Positions 1 through 14,129 of a stretch of 38,010 nucleotides of DNA are shown here, one piece after another. This stretch comes from Bipalium vagum (Eukaryota), in the NCBI GenBank assembly GCA_037834085.1, contig JBBMKC010118760.1, positions 1 to 38,010 on the forward strand, read 5' to 3'. Within the stretch, counting starts at the first letter, position 1, and each line of letters starts with the position of its first letter. Below the pieces are notes generated by a model that had not been told where the DNA came from, did no database searches, and worked only from the letters and a program-made list of their open reading frames with translations. The position numbers were made by a program, and so were the translations under genes.

Positions 1-73
<73 letters not shown>
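1..73. repeat. (TAA)n microsatellite
   Basis: About 24 perfect TAA units; runs off the window edge. Confidence 0.97.
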
Positions 74-74
<1 letters not shown>

Positions 75-233
75 TGATAATAACAATTATATGAGTTAGT
101 AAATATTCTATTTTGTTAGTTTGTTTCGGATTAATAAGAAAAACAGAAAACTTACAATTTTCAGAGCAATAATGTTAAAATATTAAAGGTTTTTAAAAAT
201 TTTTTTAAATTAAAATCAATTAATTAATGTCAC

Positions 234-451
234 CTTTGTATTTGGTACGAATGGTCTTGGATAGAGACCGCTCATGCACCCACATGTTTCAATAAGCTTC
301 AATTGTAAATTGTAGTTCATACATAAATAGAAACTGTAATTAAATTGTCTATCCAAATCGAATATTGGTGGTTGACCATTTTCACATTTTTGCACTGGCG
401 TAGAATGCCTGGCCCATTTCACCGGTTCATATTTAATATTATTCATTTTAC
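234..451 (-). CDS. DEG/ENaC subunit, coding exon 2 (palm to Cys-rich thumb); gene continues left of the window
   Basis: Acceptor TCTATTTAG|GT at 452/451 completes the split Gly codon of exon 1. Encodes KMNNIKYEPVKWARHSTPVQKC...YSFYLCMNYNLQLKLIETCGC (thumb YS...C...CxC pattern). Donor AAG|GTGACA at 234/233 (phase 0). Confidence 0.88.
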
Positions 452-607
452 CTAAATAGACGTTTAACAATTTATTTTACATAATGGTTCTTGATTTATC
501 GATAGTTTTTAATATTTAATTGGACATTTCATGGTTGTCACCACCCTTAAATTTCAAATATGTACGGACAGTTTGAAGAGTGAAAATAATCTTGCAACAT
601 GCCATAT

Positions 608-800
608 ATTAGGTTGAGAAAATTATTGTCAATTTTCATATACAAGCTTTAAAGCAAAAATATTTTAAAATATCGACTAATGTTTTTATATTTATTGTTA
701 AATAATAATCAGACAAGTAAGTCTCTATTAAATTATAAATTATTTTATTATTTTAGGTTTGTTTTGATAATATACAATGCTATTTAACGGACAATGACAT
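608..800 (+). mobile_element. Mariner 5' end fragment (TIR and 5'UTR up to the ATG), same family as 31610-32030
   Basis: Starts TATTAGGTTG; ~190 bp align with 31610-31800 (caaaaatattttaaaatatcgacta...gctatttaac.gacaatgaca). Confidence 0.7.
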
Positions 801-1103
801 AATTGAAGATCACAAAAGCAAGGGTCACTAGTCTTTTATAATATTGCATTGTGTTCATGCTCTTATCATTTGAACTGTTTTGTAAGATTTCCCAAAGATG
901 TCTTTGGAAACATTACACAACTAGAGAATTGAAAAGTCATAAGTAAAAAATGAAAAAAAACTTTAACATGATATCTTGATCATTTAGGTGTAAATAGTAA
1001 CAAGCATTAATAATGTAAATACTCATATACACGTAAATGTATTCACATTTGTGTTAATAATTGTTTTTATGTTCTCTGCAAACATCTGGAACTGATTTTT
1101 ATA

Positions 1104-2126
1104 TTAGGTTGTCCCATAAGTCTTTACGGAAAAATACTTACAACAAAAATGTATTTATATAAAAGCACACAAATACACAAGATAAAGTTGATAAGGTCGG
1201 AGTTCCTAAAAAACTCTTTCATCTTACCACTGGTTGTTTCAGATTAGTGGGGTTCTGCGATATCCTGTTGCAAAATAAGGCTTGAACAGGTATGATCTTT
1301 TACTTATCAACCTATTACACAATATATCTAATTGACTACAGTAGAAAGTACTGGTAATACACTAGTTTTACCCATTTCCCAGAGACTAAAAATATATTAC
1401 ACCTTTCATATCCCATCATATCCGAGAACCTTTTTCGGAAGAAGACCCGGTTAGGCGTTAAAATTGCTTGTTGACTAACACTTAATCACTTTTTTCGGTC
1501 AACATTGAAATAAAGAACTAATTTCTCATCAAATGTTATAATTCTTTCAAGAAATGGACTTAAATCATGGCGAGTGACCAAGGACGTACAAATTGTCACT
1601 CAATTTATAATTGTTGTTCACTTAAAGTGTGGATCCCACCTACCATAATCAATAGTGTTTTCCATATCAGTCAGATATTGACAGATAGTTGTTTTGGAAG
1701 TATCCATGAGTTTGGCCAATCCCAACGTGATTCGACGAAGATCTTTTCGCACAAGTACTTTTATGTCATCCTTTTTTGTTTCGATGGATCGACTCGATCT
1801 TTACTTATCCTGAAGATTGTAATATTGGTTGAGAAACATTCTGAACAATCTTTCACATGAACTTAGACATGGATGACCGACTAGAGCCATGTATATCCTG
1901 TCAAAGGACTGTTGCATTTAGTCCACATTTAAAATCATGCAGTATACATTTTATAATTAACTTAATAAATAATTAATGAAATTTATATTAAATAAATGTA
2001 TGAGACTAATATAATTTCATTAAATATAATTTTAAATGATTGGCATATCAATAAATCAAATAGATGTAGATAAACAACCTTAATAATCGTCAATGAAAAC
2101 CTGTAAAGACTTATGCAATGACCTGA
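1104..2126 (-). mobile_element. Degenerate mariner transposon with both TIRs
   Basis: Left TIR TTAGGTTGTCCCATAAGTCTTTACGG follows a TA; the right copy at 2101-2126 matches 20/26. Minus strand reads WDPHTLSEQQ (WVPHEL motif) and PFLERIITFDEKLVLY (TGDEKW motif), with stops and frameshifts. Confidence 0.88.
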
Positions 2127-3399
2127 TGTCATCATAATGAATTATTAGGATTGTTGACCATCATTGCTGTAGGTTGATGATGTGCTTTTAATTGTTAAAA
2201 AATTTTTATATCACAAATTTTCAGACATTTTAAAAATTAAAAAATCTCGACCTGCCACTTATTTTTCTTATATATTGCAATTATTGGTTTACTATTTTTA
2301 GGATCACATAAAATTTACAGATAAAAATCTTATTTAAATAAATACATTTATGACTGAAAATTTGAATTAATTATTAATATGAATTTTTTGTAATGAGTTC
2401 TCAACTTTTATTACATTATGTAACAAATTCTATTTATTTCTGAAATGAATTTGAAATATAATAATCAAAATAATCTGAATTAATAGTTTTTGTAAATTAA
2501 AAGTAATTAATGAATAAATTCAATTGATGCATTCTCAATACTACACAAATGATTTCGTTCTTGAGCTGTGAAAATGTGAATAATTTTGAAAAATTAATCA
2601 AAATAAAATAAATTATTTAACAAAAACTCAACTCTATCAATAATACAATTTCTAAGTACTTAAAAATAATGATCAATTAATTTTATATTATTTCCACAGC
2701 CGTCTTTTACCACAGTTTACACTTTACATTTACGTTTTAGTAAATATAATCAAACATGGTAATGAATTTCTGTATAAATGAAAAAATATTATTTTGATAA
2801 GGATAAATTCTTTTTTCGTAAACAATTAATACAAAAAATATAAAAATGAAAAATAAGTGCCTAATTAAAGAAATGTACTATTTTTTTGTAACAATTAAAA
2901 TTTTTATATCTAATTTTATTTATGAGAATAAAATATTTAATATTTAATATATTTAAAATATTAAATTGTTTTTATTAAGTTTATAATTTCATTTGTTCAA
3001 AAATTATTAATTACAATTAAAAAATAATTAACATTTCCAAAAATGACTGCTCCTTTACGAATTATTAAAATTGATATTATTTAATGATAATTTAATTAAA
3101 ACAAAAAATATATTTAAATAATCTCTTATTTCATAATTCTTAATTGATTTTTTTTAAATTTGTTATCAGATGTTGATAATAATTATTTTTAATATTCTCA
3201 AAGGAATTAGTAAGGATTACATATGACTTATTTACAATTATTTACATTTTATATACCATACATTAATTTGTTTAAAATTAACTAATTAATTGCTTATATG
3301 ACATTCATAGAACTTGTGCCAAATTCTAAAAATATATATTATCATTATAACTGTTTTATTAAGCAGTATACAAAAAGTGAAATAATCTTTTTCAATTAT

Positions 3400-4492
3400 A
3401 TGAACTGAGATTATGTCTTCTGTACACCTTCTTTGTAATCAATTCGGTATTAATGAATATATATAAGTATTAATAATAATTATCAGGCAAAATATTGTTC
3501 AGAATGGATGAGGAAATATTTGTAAATGTTTAGCAATTAACAAATAGTGTAAGGCTATGGTGTTGGTATACTGGAGGTCATGCTGTATTGAAAATGATCT
3601 GGGAGTATTTTTTGTCTTTCAGTTTTTTATTTGTGAACTGATAAAAATCTTAATACTCAATTTCAAAAAACTAAAATTTAAAAAATATTGGTACACTGGG
3701 AGAAACGAAATTTATATGTAATCAGTGATAATTTTCCATAATTTACTCGACTACATCTTAGAAAATGAATTGTATTGTTTATAATATGAACAATATCAGT
3801 AGAGACAATGAATGAATCAAGAATAAGGCATTCATATAAATAAGAGACGCCCATATTTTCAAGAATACAAACGAGAATATATATTTAATATATTTATAAT
3901 TCAAAACTTTCAATTCATCCATAATTTTAAAAATCTGCTTGTTTTGTACATAATTCTTAATTCGCCGGATTTCGTCATTGTAAATGGGTTATAAACGTAA
4001 TCAATACGTTTCGTCGATAGGAAGAGGATGTTCTAAAGAATAAAAAAAAGTGCTAGAAGAGATTGATTTCGCAATTTCCACAATGGAGTATCAGCAGCTA
4101 GGAATGCCTTTGTTAGATTTATAGTAAAATCCTCATTCTTCTTTGGCAAAAATTGCTGTTTGAAAAGTTTCTTTGAACTTGTTTTGCAGAAATTTTAAAT
4201 GTTTAATTGTTGCTCGATGTTTATCAACAAAAACATTTTATGGTATGTTATGTCTGTATTACAACACAAACAAAAAAGATTACCTTTAGATGAGATTGAA
4301 AATTCGTTCGGATATTTTTTTGTAATTTCTTGAGACTTATTCATCATTAAAGATTTTGCAATTTTCGGCATTTTAAATATTTAATTATTATTAAAATATT
4401 GTTTTACTATTATATATATATATATATCCTTTTTTATTAACTTTATGACTTTAAAAATGTTTTTTGACTTTATTGATTCTTTTGTGGCCCTA
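3400..4492 (-). mobile_element. Degenerate hAT transposon with CGGBP1-like transposase N-terminus
   Basis: ATG at 4371: MPKIAK...EFSISSKGNLFCLCC (BED-type Zn finger)...LTKAFLAADTPLWKLRN...IMDE. Probable terminus TAGGGCCACAA at 4492. Left boundary approximate. Confidence 0.65.
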
Positions 4493-5250
4493 GTGATCAG
4501 AATTAGGACTCACATTGGTTTCAATATTGATCAGTAATTTAGAAAGAAAAATAAAACATTTTAAAGGACATCAATTATTACTCACTAAAAAGTAAGTTAA
4601 TAACGAATTCATAATATTCTATAAGCAAGAAGATATTTATATAATCCAGGAAAACAAGAATAGATTTAAAATTTATTCGCAAAACAATTTGCATCCAATT
4701 TAACAATGAAAAAGAAAAGGAGAAAATATGATTTAATGATACTGTACAACACTACTACCTAGCTTAGAATTACATGACAGGCGTTGTTTTTAATATTTGT
4801 TTTTATATATTTTAATAACGGGAGTGTTTCCCGTTAGCACAAATATGATCGGTTAATCACTATATTTAATATCATCTAACTTTTGTCTGTTAATATTACT
4901 TTATTAACCAAGGAAGAATCATTTTTGAATTTTGTCAACATTTTCTGACAAAATCCATTTCTTCTATTAAATATGTCTTAGCCAAGTTCAATTACGGTGT
5001 TCAATTTAAACGAGTGGAAACATGCCTCTCTATTTTCATTGCTTTACCTATTTGTTGTTAGTGAGATAAACTTTCCACTGCCTGATCAAAAAATTTTTTC
5101 ATAGAAAAATTTGAATTTCAATATCGAATAATAATAATAATAATAATAATAATGATAATATTATAAATTATTATTATATTTTTGTTAAAGATCAGCAAGT
5201 TAACAGTATCTAAGTTTTATTAATTATTTTTTTTAAAAAGGTGTTGTAAC

Positions 5251-5770
5251 ATACATGGTGATCGAAATAAATCGGAGAATTTTTCATGCTGTGTTGAACA
5301 TGGTATTTGTATAAAATCTATCTAATCTTTATAAATTTAAAGATAATTTTATCGATAATGTTAATTATGGAAATATAGATTTTATAATTTTAGATATGAT
5401 TTCGAAATACAATAAAAGAGCACCAACAGTAGAAATGCTTCACGCCAAGAAAACGGCCAAACAAATTATTGATCGGTCTGCATAACGACAGTTTACAACA
5501 CTGCTAAAAGGTTTCAGGATGATGATAATAAAGATAATCTAAAAACAAAAAGGAAAATATTCAGCAAACGTTGAGACTCATAAAGGAATCCACATTACTC
5601 CGGAAATCATCGAGTCGAATGAAGCTGTTTCCCTCTTTTATGTTGTATTCCTTGTTTATTAAAATGAATCCATTGATATGCAGATTCTAATTAGATATCA
5701 GATAATTTTACTCAAATATGTTATGATAACCGTTCCCCAGCATTTCATTGCCTTGAATCTCATGGTAATA
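5251..5770 (+). mobile_element. Possible Tc1-like remnant
   Basis: TIR-like start TACATGGTGATCGAAATAAATCG; TVYNTAKRFQD HTH-like peptide; heavily decayed. Confidence 0.3.
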
Positions 5771-8649
5771 AACTAAAGGAATATTTTTAATTATTTTTTA
5801 TCATGGAAACAGTCTACAAATAATTACAGTTTACAATTATTACTCTTATCCCACAGATTTAAGAATTTCAATATTCATTATCACGGAAATACATCATAAT
5901 TATATTTTTTTGTTTATATTTTATATTCATAATCATATCATTTTGTAAATGTAACATAGACATCAACGTAATTTATCTTTTGTATTTTTGTTGAAATAAT
6001 TCTTATCAAAATAAAATAATAATTTAGTCTTTTTAAGATTAACGAGTGAATTTAGTGTTATTGTAGCAGAATATAATTGTATTGTGGAGAGTGGACAAAA
6101 GTATGAAATCATAAGATAAAATTAAATAATTTGTTTTAATAATAGACTATGAATTATTAGAAAATATCGTTGATTTAAGTCATTCTTCATTTAGAAGAAT
6201 ATTTCATAAATAAATTTTAAACAAAATACAGTGAAGTTATAAGATAATATACCACTTAAATCGTTTTTTATAAAATAATTCTTTGAAATCTCTTAATTAA
6301 GTTTACAGCAACCATTTTTAAAGAATTAATTAATATTTAACATTCCTTTCTTAATATTTAAAATTCCTTACTTAACATTTTCAGTAAATAAAAAATATTT
6401 GAATAATATTAACTAATTAACACTTAACTATAATAACTAATAAATTTTTATTTATCCTCTCTAATTGTGAATTTATTATTTTAAGAATAAAATAAACATG
6501 TATCTAATTTAAATATTAAACTAACAGTGACTCGATATTTTATTAGTTTTTCTTTTATTGATTTATTTAAACAAATGAATATGACATTAGTTAAACAATA
6601 TATTTATTTAATCTTTTAAGTAAAAGTGAAAAAATAATTTTTATTTATAAGTTAAATTTTTATTTTACTTACTTTCTTTAATCTACATTAATTTTATATT
6701 TTGAAAACATTATATTTATTTTAAATATATATATATATATTTATTTATTTATTTAAGCCATTCTTTTTATCTTTAGTTCTTCATTTAAATACTATTTCTT
6801 GTAATAATTACTTAAAAGAAATAAATTAGTATTAAATTAATTAATTTTATAATATGAAAGTTTAATAATATTATATTTTAATTACTTCATTATTTAATAA
6901 TTTGTTTTATTTTCCTTAAAAATTGTTCACATTCAATTTATATTATTAATTAAAATTTCATGGTGCATAAGCTTTCACATATAAATAAATTAATTAAATT
7001 TATTATTTTAAACGAAAATAAAAGATAAAAAAATAAAAAATAATTTACATTAATATTTACATTAATTTCTTAATTAATTACATAAGAATTTCAATTTAGG
7101 ATATGCAATAAAACTAAGCGAAAATAAAGGGAACCTTTCGATTTTGACATTAAGGTTTTCTATATTAAATCAAAAGCTTTTTTAATGTTTTCTTTTAACA
7201 TAAAAACACATAATTCTTTATTAAATAATTAAAAAATCATAAAAGGAAATTAAAAGATTAAAATAAAGTATATAAAATAATATAAAATAGAAATAAACAA
7301 ATAATAATTTTAAAAATCTTTTTTATTAAATATTAGAAAAAATTTTTAAAATAAAGAAAAATCATTAAAAAAAAATTTCCATAATATTTTCTTTTATCTG
7401 TGTTACTGAAACCCAAAAATGTGATTAATATTAATAATATTATTTTTAAGCTTTTAAAATTTACAGATTTTAATTAAAACTCATAATGGAAAATGTTTAA
7501 TAATCGTTAAAAAGCATAACTAATATTTTTCTAATTATTTTTACAATCTAAATTTTATAATTTTAAGAAAAAAATTTTTAATTTTATATTTAATTTTATT
7601 TTGAAAATTCTTCAAATATGTAATAAAATAATTGCACATTGACAGAAAAAAATATTAAAGATTTAAAATCTTTTTCACTTTTTGTATGATATTTCTCGAA
7701 ATCCCCTTTAATTTCGTAGGATAAATAATAAAATTAGATATTTAATGATTATTAGGTATTTTCAATGGCAAACGTGGAATTATTTTATTAAACTATTAAT
7801 TTTCTTATTAGAGAAAGTATTATCAAAACGACATCAGTCAATAATTAAGAGATAAATAAAAGTCTCTTTGGCTCTATGCAGTAATATAGTCATTAGTTTC
7901 TGATGAACTATTCATTAGTTCTATTTAAAACAAATTTTATAAAAATCGATTTTATTTTCTCCAACATTTGATATTGGACAAATGTCATATTGTTTAAATT
8001 TTATTTATTCTATTTAACAATTTTAGATCTTTTCTCGAATTAATGAAGTTTTATTAATATTTTAAATATTATATTATTTATATTTACAATAAAACAGTTT
8101 TCAATTTAAACTAAGTTTTTTCTGAGAAGCGAAAAAAATTAACGCTTTTATTTTAAAATGAAATTAGTTTAGACTAACTGATTGATAATAAACTTGGAAT
8201 TTTATTAATCCAATGAAATATATAATTAATAATAATTTTTTTAAAATAATTTTAATAATAAGATTAAAAAATATTTTTTAAAATGAAAACAGAATAAATG
8301 TGAATTTTTAATTATTTTAATAATTATCAATGTTGATCATAATTTAATTATTTAATAATAATAATTATTTTAAAATTAGTTGCTGATAATAAAATTATAA
8401 AATCTCTAAATATCTTGATCTAAATATCAAATCGTTGTCTTTTGTTGTTTTTGTTTATTTTTGCAAATATATAACAAATTATTATATAAAATATTTTTCT
8501 ATAATTGAAAAATTAGTATTAATATATCTCACTTGTTGGTGATAATGCAAGTATTTTTATAATATTTTTATTTTTTTGTCCTCAATAATAAAATTGAAAT
8601 TATACTTATCATACTCTTCCCTTGATTTTGTCTTGATTTTTTTTTAAAA

Positions 8650-8980
8650 TTGACCAAAATAAAGTATTTTAAAAGATAAAACAAGGAATATTGAATCTGA
8701 AAAATGAAGTAACACATCTTAAGAAATTAAATAGTTTTTCCAAAATTAAACTTGCTATCAAGTTCAAAACTTTTTATCAAAAGAGGGTTTTTATGTACAT
8801 TTGTGGAAATTTGGTTTCTTTTTAATATATTTTACTACTAATGATAGAAGATTTAGTTTGTTCAAATTAATGAAAGTATAATGTTCACTTACATATAATG
8901 TTAATTCATTTATAAACAATGGAAAATCAACATTTCATGGCATTAATCATTATGTCAGTTTTTAATTACAATAATATAAA
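8650..8980 (+). mobile_element. Possible hAT C-terminal dimerisation-domain remnant
   Basis: TNDRRFSLFKLMK...ENQHFMALIIMS resembles ERSFSxLKxIK...RLxxLxxMS. Confidence 0.25.
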
Positions 8981-9179
8981 GTTTTAACTAAATAAAAATT
9001 AATCCATATTATAGATTGTACTATTAATATACAGCAAAAGAGACACCGTACAATCTACGTACTCATGATTTTATGCTTCAAAACTTGAAAAAAGTTTTAA
9101 GTAGTTAAGTAATCAGAATGCCCGACGGACCATTTGCATTTTATGTCAAGGTAACTCATAAAGTTAGAACAGAGAATTC

Positions 9180-10143
9180 TTTGAGTAAACCGAGTGTAAA
9201 TGTATTATATAGATTTTTCATCACAAAATCCGTAGGTTTATATTTTGAGACACTCAGAGCGGTGTTATAAAAATTCAATGGTAAGACGTTTGAAAAGTAA
9301 ACATATATCGTATTTTAGAAAAGCGCAAAGTAAACTATCTAATTGTTAGCAGTTTCGTTCAGAGTCAATAGTTTTGCTAATTTTCAAAAGTTCCCGGTAA
9401 ATAGCTCCTAAGCAATCCCACAAAACAGATGGGAATAGGCCTGGTTTTGAGGTCGCAAGTGGATGTTGTCCAGTCGATAACCATTGTATACCATGATCAA
9501 GATAAGTGTTTTAACCACTTTTCATCGGATGCCACAATTCTTTTTTAAAATGTATCTCAATCATGCCTTATGAGGTTAGCATTACACATTACAACCCGCA
9601 TAGATTTTAGTTTATCTGATAAATCATATGGTTCCCATCATCCGTATTTCATTTAAGTGAATTCTTTTCGTCTCCACACGACAATCGAAAATTGTGGCCA
9701 CTTTTTAGTAATTTATTTCTGGTTCTCATCAATCAATCGTTTTTGCTTGTGAACGTCAACAAAAGATGGACGCATGTACTCGAGAGATCTTCAAGACTTC
9801 TGCTGCCTCCTTTAAGTTTTTTAAACTAATTCTGCATGGACTAACAGAGAATTCTTCAGGAGGATAGATTTTCAGAATCTTTCGTGAGGCTTCTTTATCT
9901 TTATTCATACTCATACAACAAGCAGTTTTTCAAGCGGGTATTTATAATACTTTTTGCCTTTAGGGTTTCAATAAGAAATATTAAATTTTACCTAAATTTA
10001 AATGTGGTACATAAATGGTATTATTCAAACAAAGATAGCATACATTTTGACTAAGAATTTCATGTGGATTTAAATTGATTTTATAAAAATAAAATGTTTA
10101 TGTTTTTCAATATAAAGAGCTCACAATTAAATTTGATCCCTAA
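9180..10143 (-). mobile_element. Degenerate mariner transposon
   Basis: Minus strand reads KYG*WEPYDLSDKLKSMRVVMC and KRIVASDEKW. Terminus TA-TTAGGGATCAAATTTAATTG at 10143. Left boundary approximate. Confidence 0.75.
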
Positions 10144-10899
10144 TACAATTTTATTATTTAAAAATACGCAAAACTAGTACAACTAATTTTGTTAAACTGA
10201 AAATTCAAAAAATCACAACTAATAGTCTATTTTTAAATATTTACTGTTTCAGTTTCTTAAAATTTTGAATCGTTTCCTGATTTTAATAGTTTCCCCTCAC
10301 TGTTATAGATCATTTATTGTGGTGATTTTACATTATATACGTATATTGATCATTGTATTTAAGGTGAGAGTTTCGACAATGATATAAAATCAATAAATTA
10401 TATTGATTCGGAAGAATAAGTAATAAAATCTTTTCTAAGCTATTTCCCACTTCACGTTTATCGGTATTTTTATTAAATATAGTTCTCTTTATGATATGTA
10501 AAGATCAATTACCGTCTAACTAATAATAATATTATTAATATTATTATTTATTTTATTATTTCAAAGTGGAATTTATTTTTGTTATTTTAGTTTTTATTGA
10601 AAAATATTATTATTGAAAATATTATTATCATCATTTGTTAAACTTTCTGCAAATCCTATTTTGTTTTAACAAATTATTAATTCATATTTTCGGATAATAT
10701 TTTAATGTCGTCAAGTTATATATCAGAACTTGATTTACTTGATTTAAGTTTAATTTTTATTACTTTTACTATTAGTCATGTTTTTTTATTAAATTTATTT
10801 ATTTATTTGTCACCTTAGCTGAGGATATGGACTTCCTTAGTTTTTGTTTTACTTTTATAAATTATATATAAATAACCAATATATTTAAATGCTTCAAAC

Positions 10900-11878
10900 A
10901 CTTTTTAATATTAATTGACATTTTTGAGGAATTCTTAAAGCACATTTGGAGAGGTTTTTCAGTTCAACCTTTTTCTGCGTTAAGTGTTTTCAAAAACATA
11001 GATATAATATAAAACTTTTTCTTGGTATAATGTTTTCGGTTATTTAGTTTATTGAATCCATTAACAAATATATAAAGTATTATCTTTGTTACTATTTTGC
11101 ATAGAATAACAATTTCATGCAATGAAAATATAAGATATTTTCACGTAATTTGAAGGTTTAATCTAATATCTTTATTTACTAAAAGAATATTTAGCAGTAC
11201 CACCGGTTTCTTAATTACTGTCAATATATTTAGGCAGTAAATTTTTTATCTACATTTAAAAATTCATTATATATAACCCCCCGTATGCTCCACCAACATA
11301 CGTAATATTACTTTCTTCGGGTGTAAACCTATTTTAGATGTAGTTAGCTGAAGTTAGTCTTTGCTTATCCATTGACCTTGTTTCCGAATTTATATATAGA
11401 GAAACCATTTCTCATCTCCAATCCCCACGCTCAAAAAATAGAAACGATATGTTTTTGGCAATTAATGAAGACGACATAGTAATTTTGTGCAAAAGGTTAT
11501 GTTGAGACATTTTGTACGGAACTGAAAAGTTATAAAAAAAACTTTCCAATAGACTTCAAATTGGCTGAAAGACAGTTGTGTTGTATAAGCCAAGAATTTG
11601 CATAAACTCACGAGACGTTAATTAATTATCTCAAAGTATTGTTATCTGGCATATGATCCGCGAAGAAAGTCCCAGGGCATTAAATTTATAATATGAAAGT
11701 CACGAGATAATATGCTTTTAAAACTCATCTGTGAAATAAAATTTGTCATGATTTTAAAAAAACATCATATCCGTATTTATTGATTAATTTAAGAGATTAT
11801 TAAGACTTATAAATGATTAAAAAAACTAAATGGCTTTATTAATGAAATAAATCAGTAGAAACATTCCATCAAACCTAA
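10900..11878 (-). mobile_element. Degenerate mariner transposon
   Basis: Minus strand reads GIGDEKWFLY...QWISK...GLHPKKVIL..WW..RGVIY. Terminus TA-TTAGGTTTGATGGAATG at 11878. Left boundary approximate. Confidence 0.8.
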
Positions 11879-12339
11879 TACTGAAAAATTCAATACAATT
11901 TTTTTTAGTTTATTGGATTAAATACATCATTTCTTTACATACGTGACGTAATAATAATATAATTAAATTTGGAATATACTTAAAATAGTACTATAAATTA
12001 ATATTAATAATTATTTTATTATCATATTATTTATTATTTATTATTATTGCATTTTTGGTAAAATTATATTTTAAAAATAAAAAAATACATCAATGCTTAC
12101 GATTTTCCATAAAATGAGTGTTTTTTTAAAATGAAAATTCTTTAACATAATGTACAATTAAAACAGATTTAAATAGTAATTGAAAATTTTAACAACATTT
12201 TTATTGTTAATACGTGTCATTTGAATTTACCATTTTTACTTAATTAATTTTTTTAACAAAGTCTATCTTCGTGTTATTGAGAATTTTTAAAAATATTTTC
12301 ATTAAAATTGAAAAATTGCAAAGAATTAAAGAAATTATG

Positions 12340-13216
12340 AAGCCGGTACACTTATTACATTAAGTATGCTCGAATTAGAAATTGGGATCAATAGAGAATC
12401 TATTCGGAAAAAATGTTGATTAAGGATTTAGGTAAGAAAAAGATATGTTCACGGCTTTGTTCCTCACAGCTTGACTCCTGAAAAAATTTCAACGCAGAAT
12501 TGATTGGTGCAGAAATTTTGCTTTCGCTTGTGATACCACCTAATATTTTATCAAATCAATCGTTACTGGAGATAAGTTTTAGTGTTTTCAAAATGATCCT
12601 GATATCAAACGACAGATCATACAATGGTGTTTAAAGAGTTCTCCAAAACAAATATGTTACGGCCACAAAAATTAAGGTTAAAACCCTCCTGATAACGTTT
12701 TTTATATTCTGATCGAGTCCTCCATAAAACATTTATACCTTCTGATGCTTTTTATTACAAAGATGCGATGTCTCAACTTTTGAAAAGAATTTGTAGTATT
12801 AGATTTCAAGACTGTACTAAAGGAAGTTTAATTTTATTACATTATAATGCACCTTCTCATAACTCAATAACCGTAGAGAGTTATGATGATATTATGATTT
12901 CAAAAGTTATTTTGATCAACCACCTATCATATTTACCTGATTTAGCTTCGGCAGATTTCAAGGTATTCCCAAAGCTTGAAATCCATACTTAAAGAAAGAA
13001 AGTTTCAAGATATTGAAGATATTCAGACAAATGTTACAAGCGAACTAAAGGGTATTCCAAAGGAAGAATTTTTAAAAAGTTTTGACGCTTTGTATAAATT
13101 ATGTCTAAAATGTTTTCAAGTTAATGAAAACTACTTTGAGTAATGAAATATGATTTATTGTTGGCGTATGTATCTTTGATTTTGTGCAGCTGGAATATTT
13201 ATTGTCGAACTATGTA
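12340..13216 (+). mobile_element. Mariner transposase pseudogene (irritans-like), 5'-truncated; includes ORF 12768-12992
   Basis: KKICSR/FVPHSLT, IVTGDK, LLHYNAPSH (HDNAPxH), SYLPDLASADFKVFPKL (YSPDLAPxDF), ENYFE* at 13143; TIR-like end to about 13216. Confidence 0.9.
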
Positions 13217-13793
13217 TATCTCTTCATAACTTAAATAAATATTTTAAAGATATATATTGGGTTACAATATATATTAAAACATGTTAAGTTTTTCATTTAA
13301 TAAAATGATTCCTATGATATTTATAAAAACTCACTACCTTGAATACGCTTAGAGACATAGTTTATGAAAGATAGATTTTTAATTTTTAATTATTTGAATT
13401 TTTATTATAACAAAGATAATATTTTATAAAATTATAAATTATTATTGATATTATTAAATAAAATAGTTATATTTCATATTTTCAAATTATTTACAGAATT
13501 ACTAATGAAAAATGCAGACAATAAAATTTCATTCTTCTTAAAATATTTAGTCACACTTGTGTCATTTTTATAAAGAAATTTTAAATGACCTTGGAAACCT
13601 TAAACTCCTAAAGATAATCAGATAAAACACAAAAAGTATTAATTTGGTAAAGAAGAAATATCGGTTTTTTGATTTTCAAGTAAATAACGCATTTCATAAT
13701 AAAAGTTCTTGTTTTAATAATATTTAATACAGTTGTTTTAATATTGTTTATATCGTTCATAATAAGCAAAACTTTTAAATTCAATTTAAATTG

Positions 13794-13970
13794 TTAGATC
13801 GGTGTCATGTAAAAACAATAATTAAAAAGTCTTATTAAATTTATTTATAAATGAAAGAAAAATTCCAAAATGGCGCTTATAAGCGTCATTACATTTTTTA
13901 TGAGTTTATACTGGGATCAAAATATCAACGATGTTTACGGTGTAATACTTGAGGTTCGCAAATTTGATAA
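13794..13970 (+). mobile_element. Mariner 5' fragment
   Basis: RHYIFYEF..G...NINDVYG matches the mariner N-terminal HTH start. Confidence 0.45.
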
Positions 13971-14129
13971 TAATAAAGTTTGATAATTAAAATAAAATAT
14001 TTTACTAGTTTATATTTACTAGTTTTTTAATTCCAACAACCTTAAAATCGGAGTCCTGGAGTTATTAACTCCCAGTATGTTGTTTCAGCATTACCAAGGT
14101 TTTGAACTATTTCTGGAGTATGAATCTAC

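Noticed and set aside
156-180. Possible micro-exon (HYCSEN|GTAAG) after exon 2
   Set aside because: The donor is good and the YC is tempting, but there is no AG acceptor between 232 and 156 on the minus strand.
452-470. N-terminal MLNVYL of ORF 216-470
   Set aside because: Intronic sequence upstream of the acceptor, with a non-ATG start.
1567-1860. 97-aa plus-strand ORF
   Set aside because: Antisense shadow of a mariner transposase remnant.
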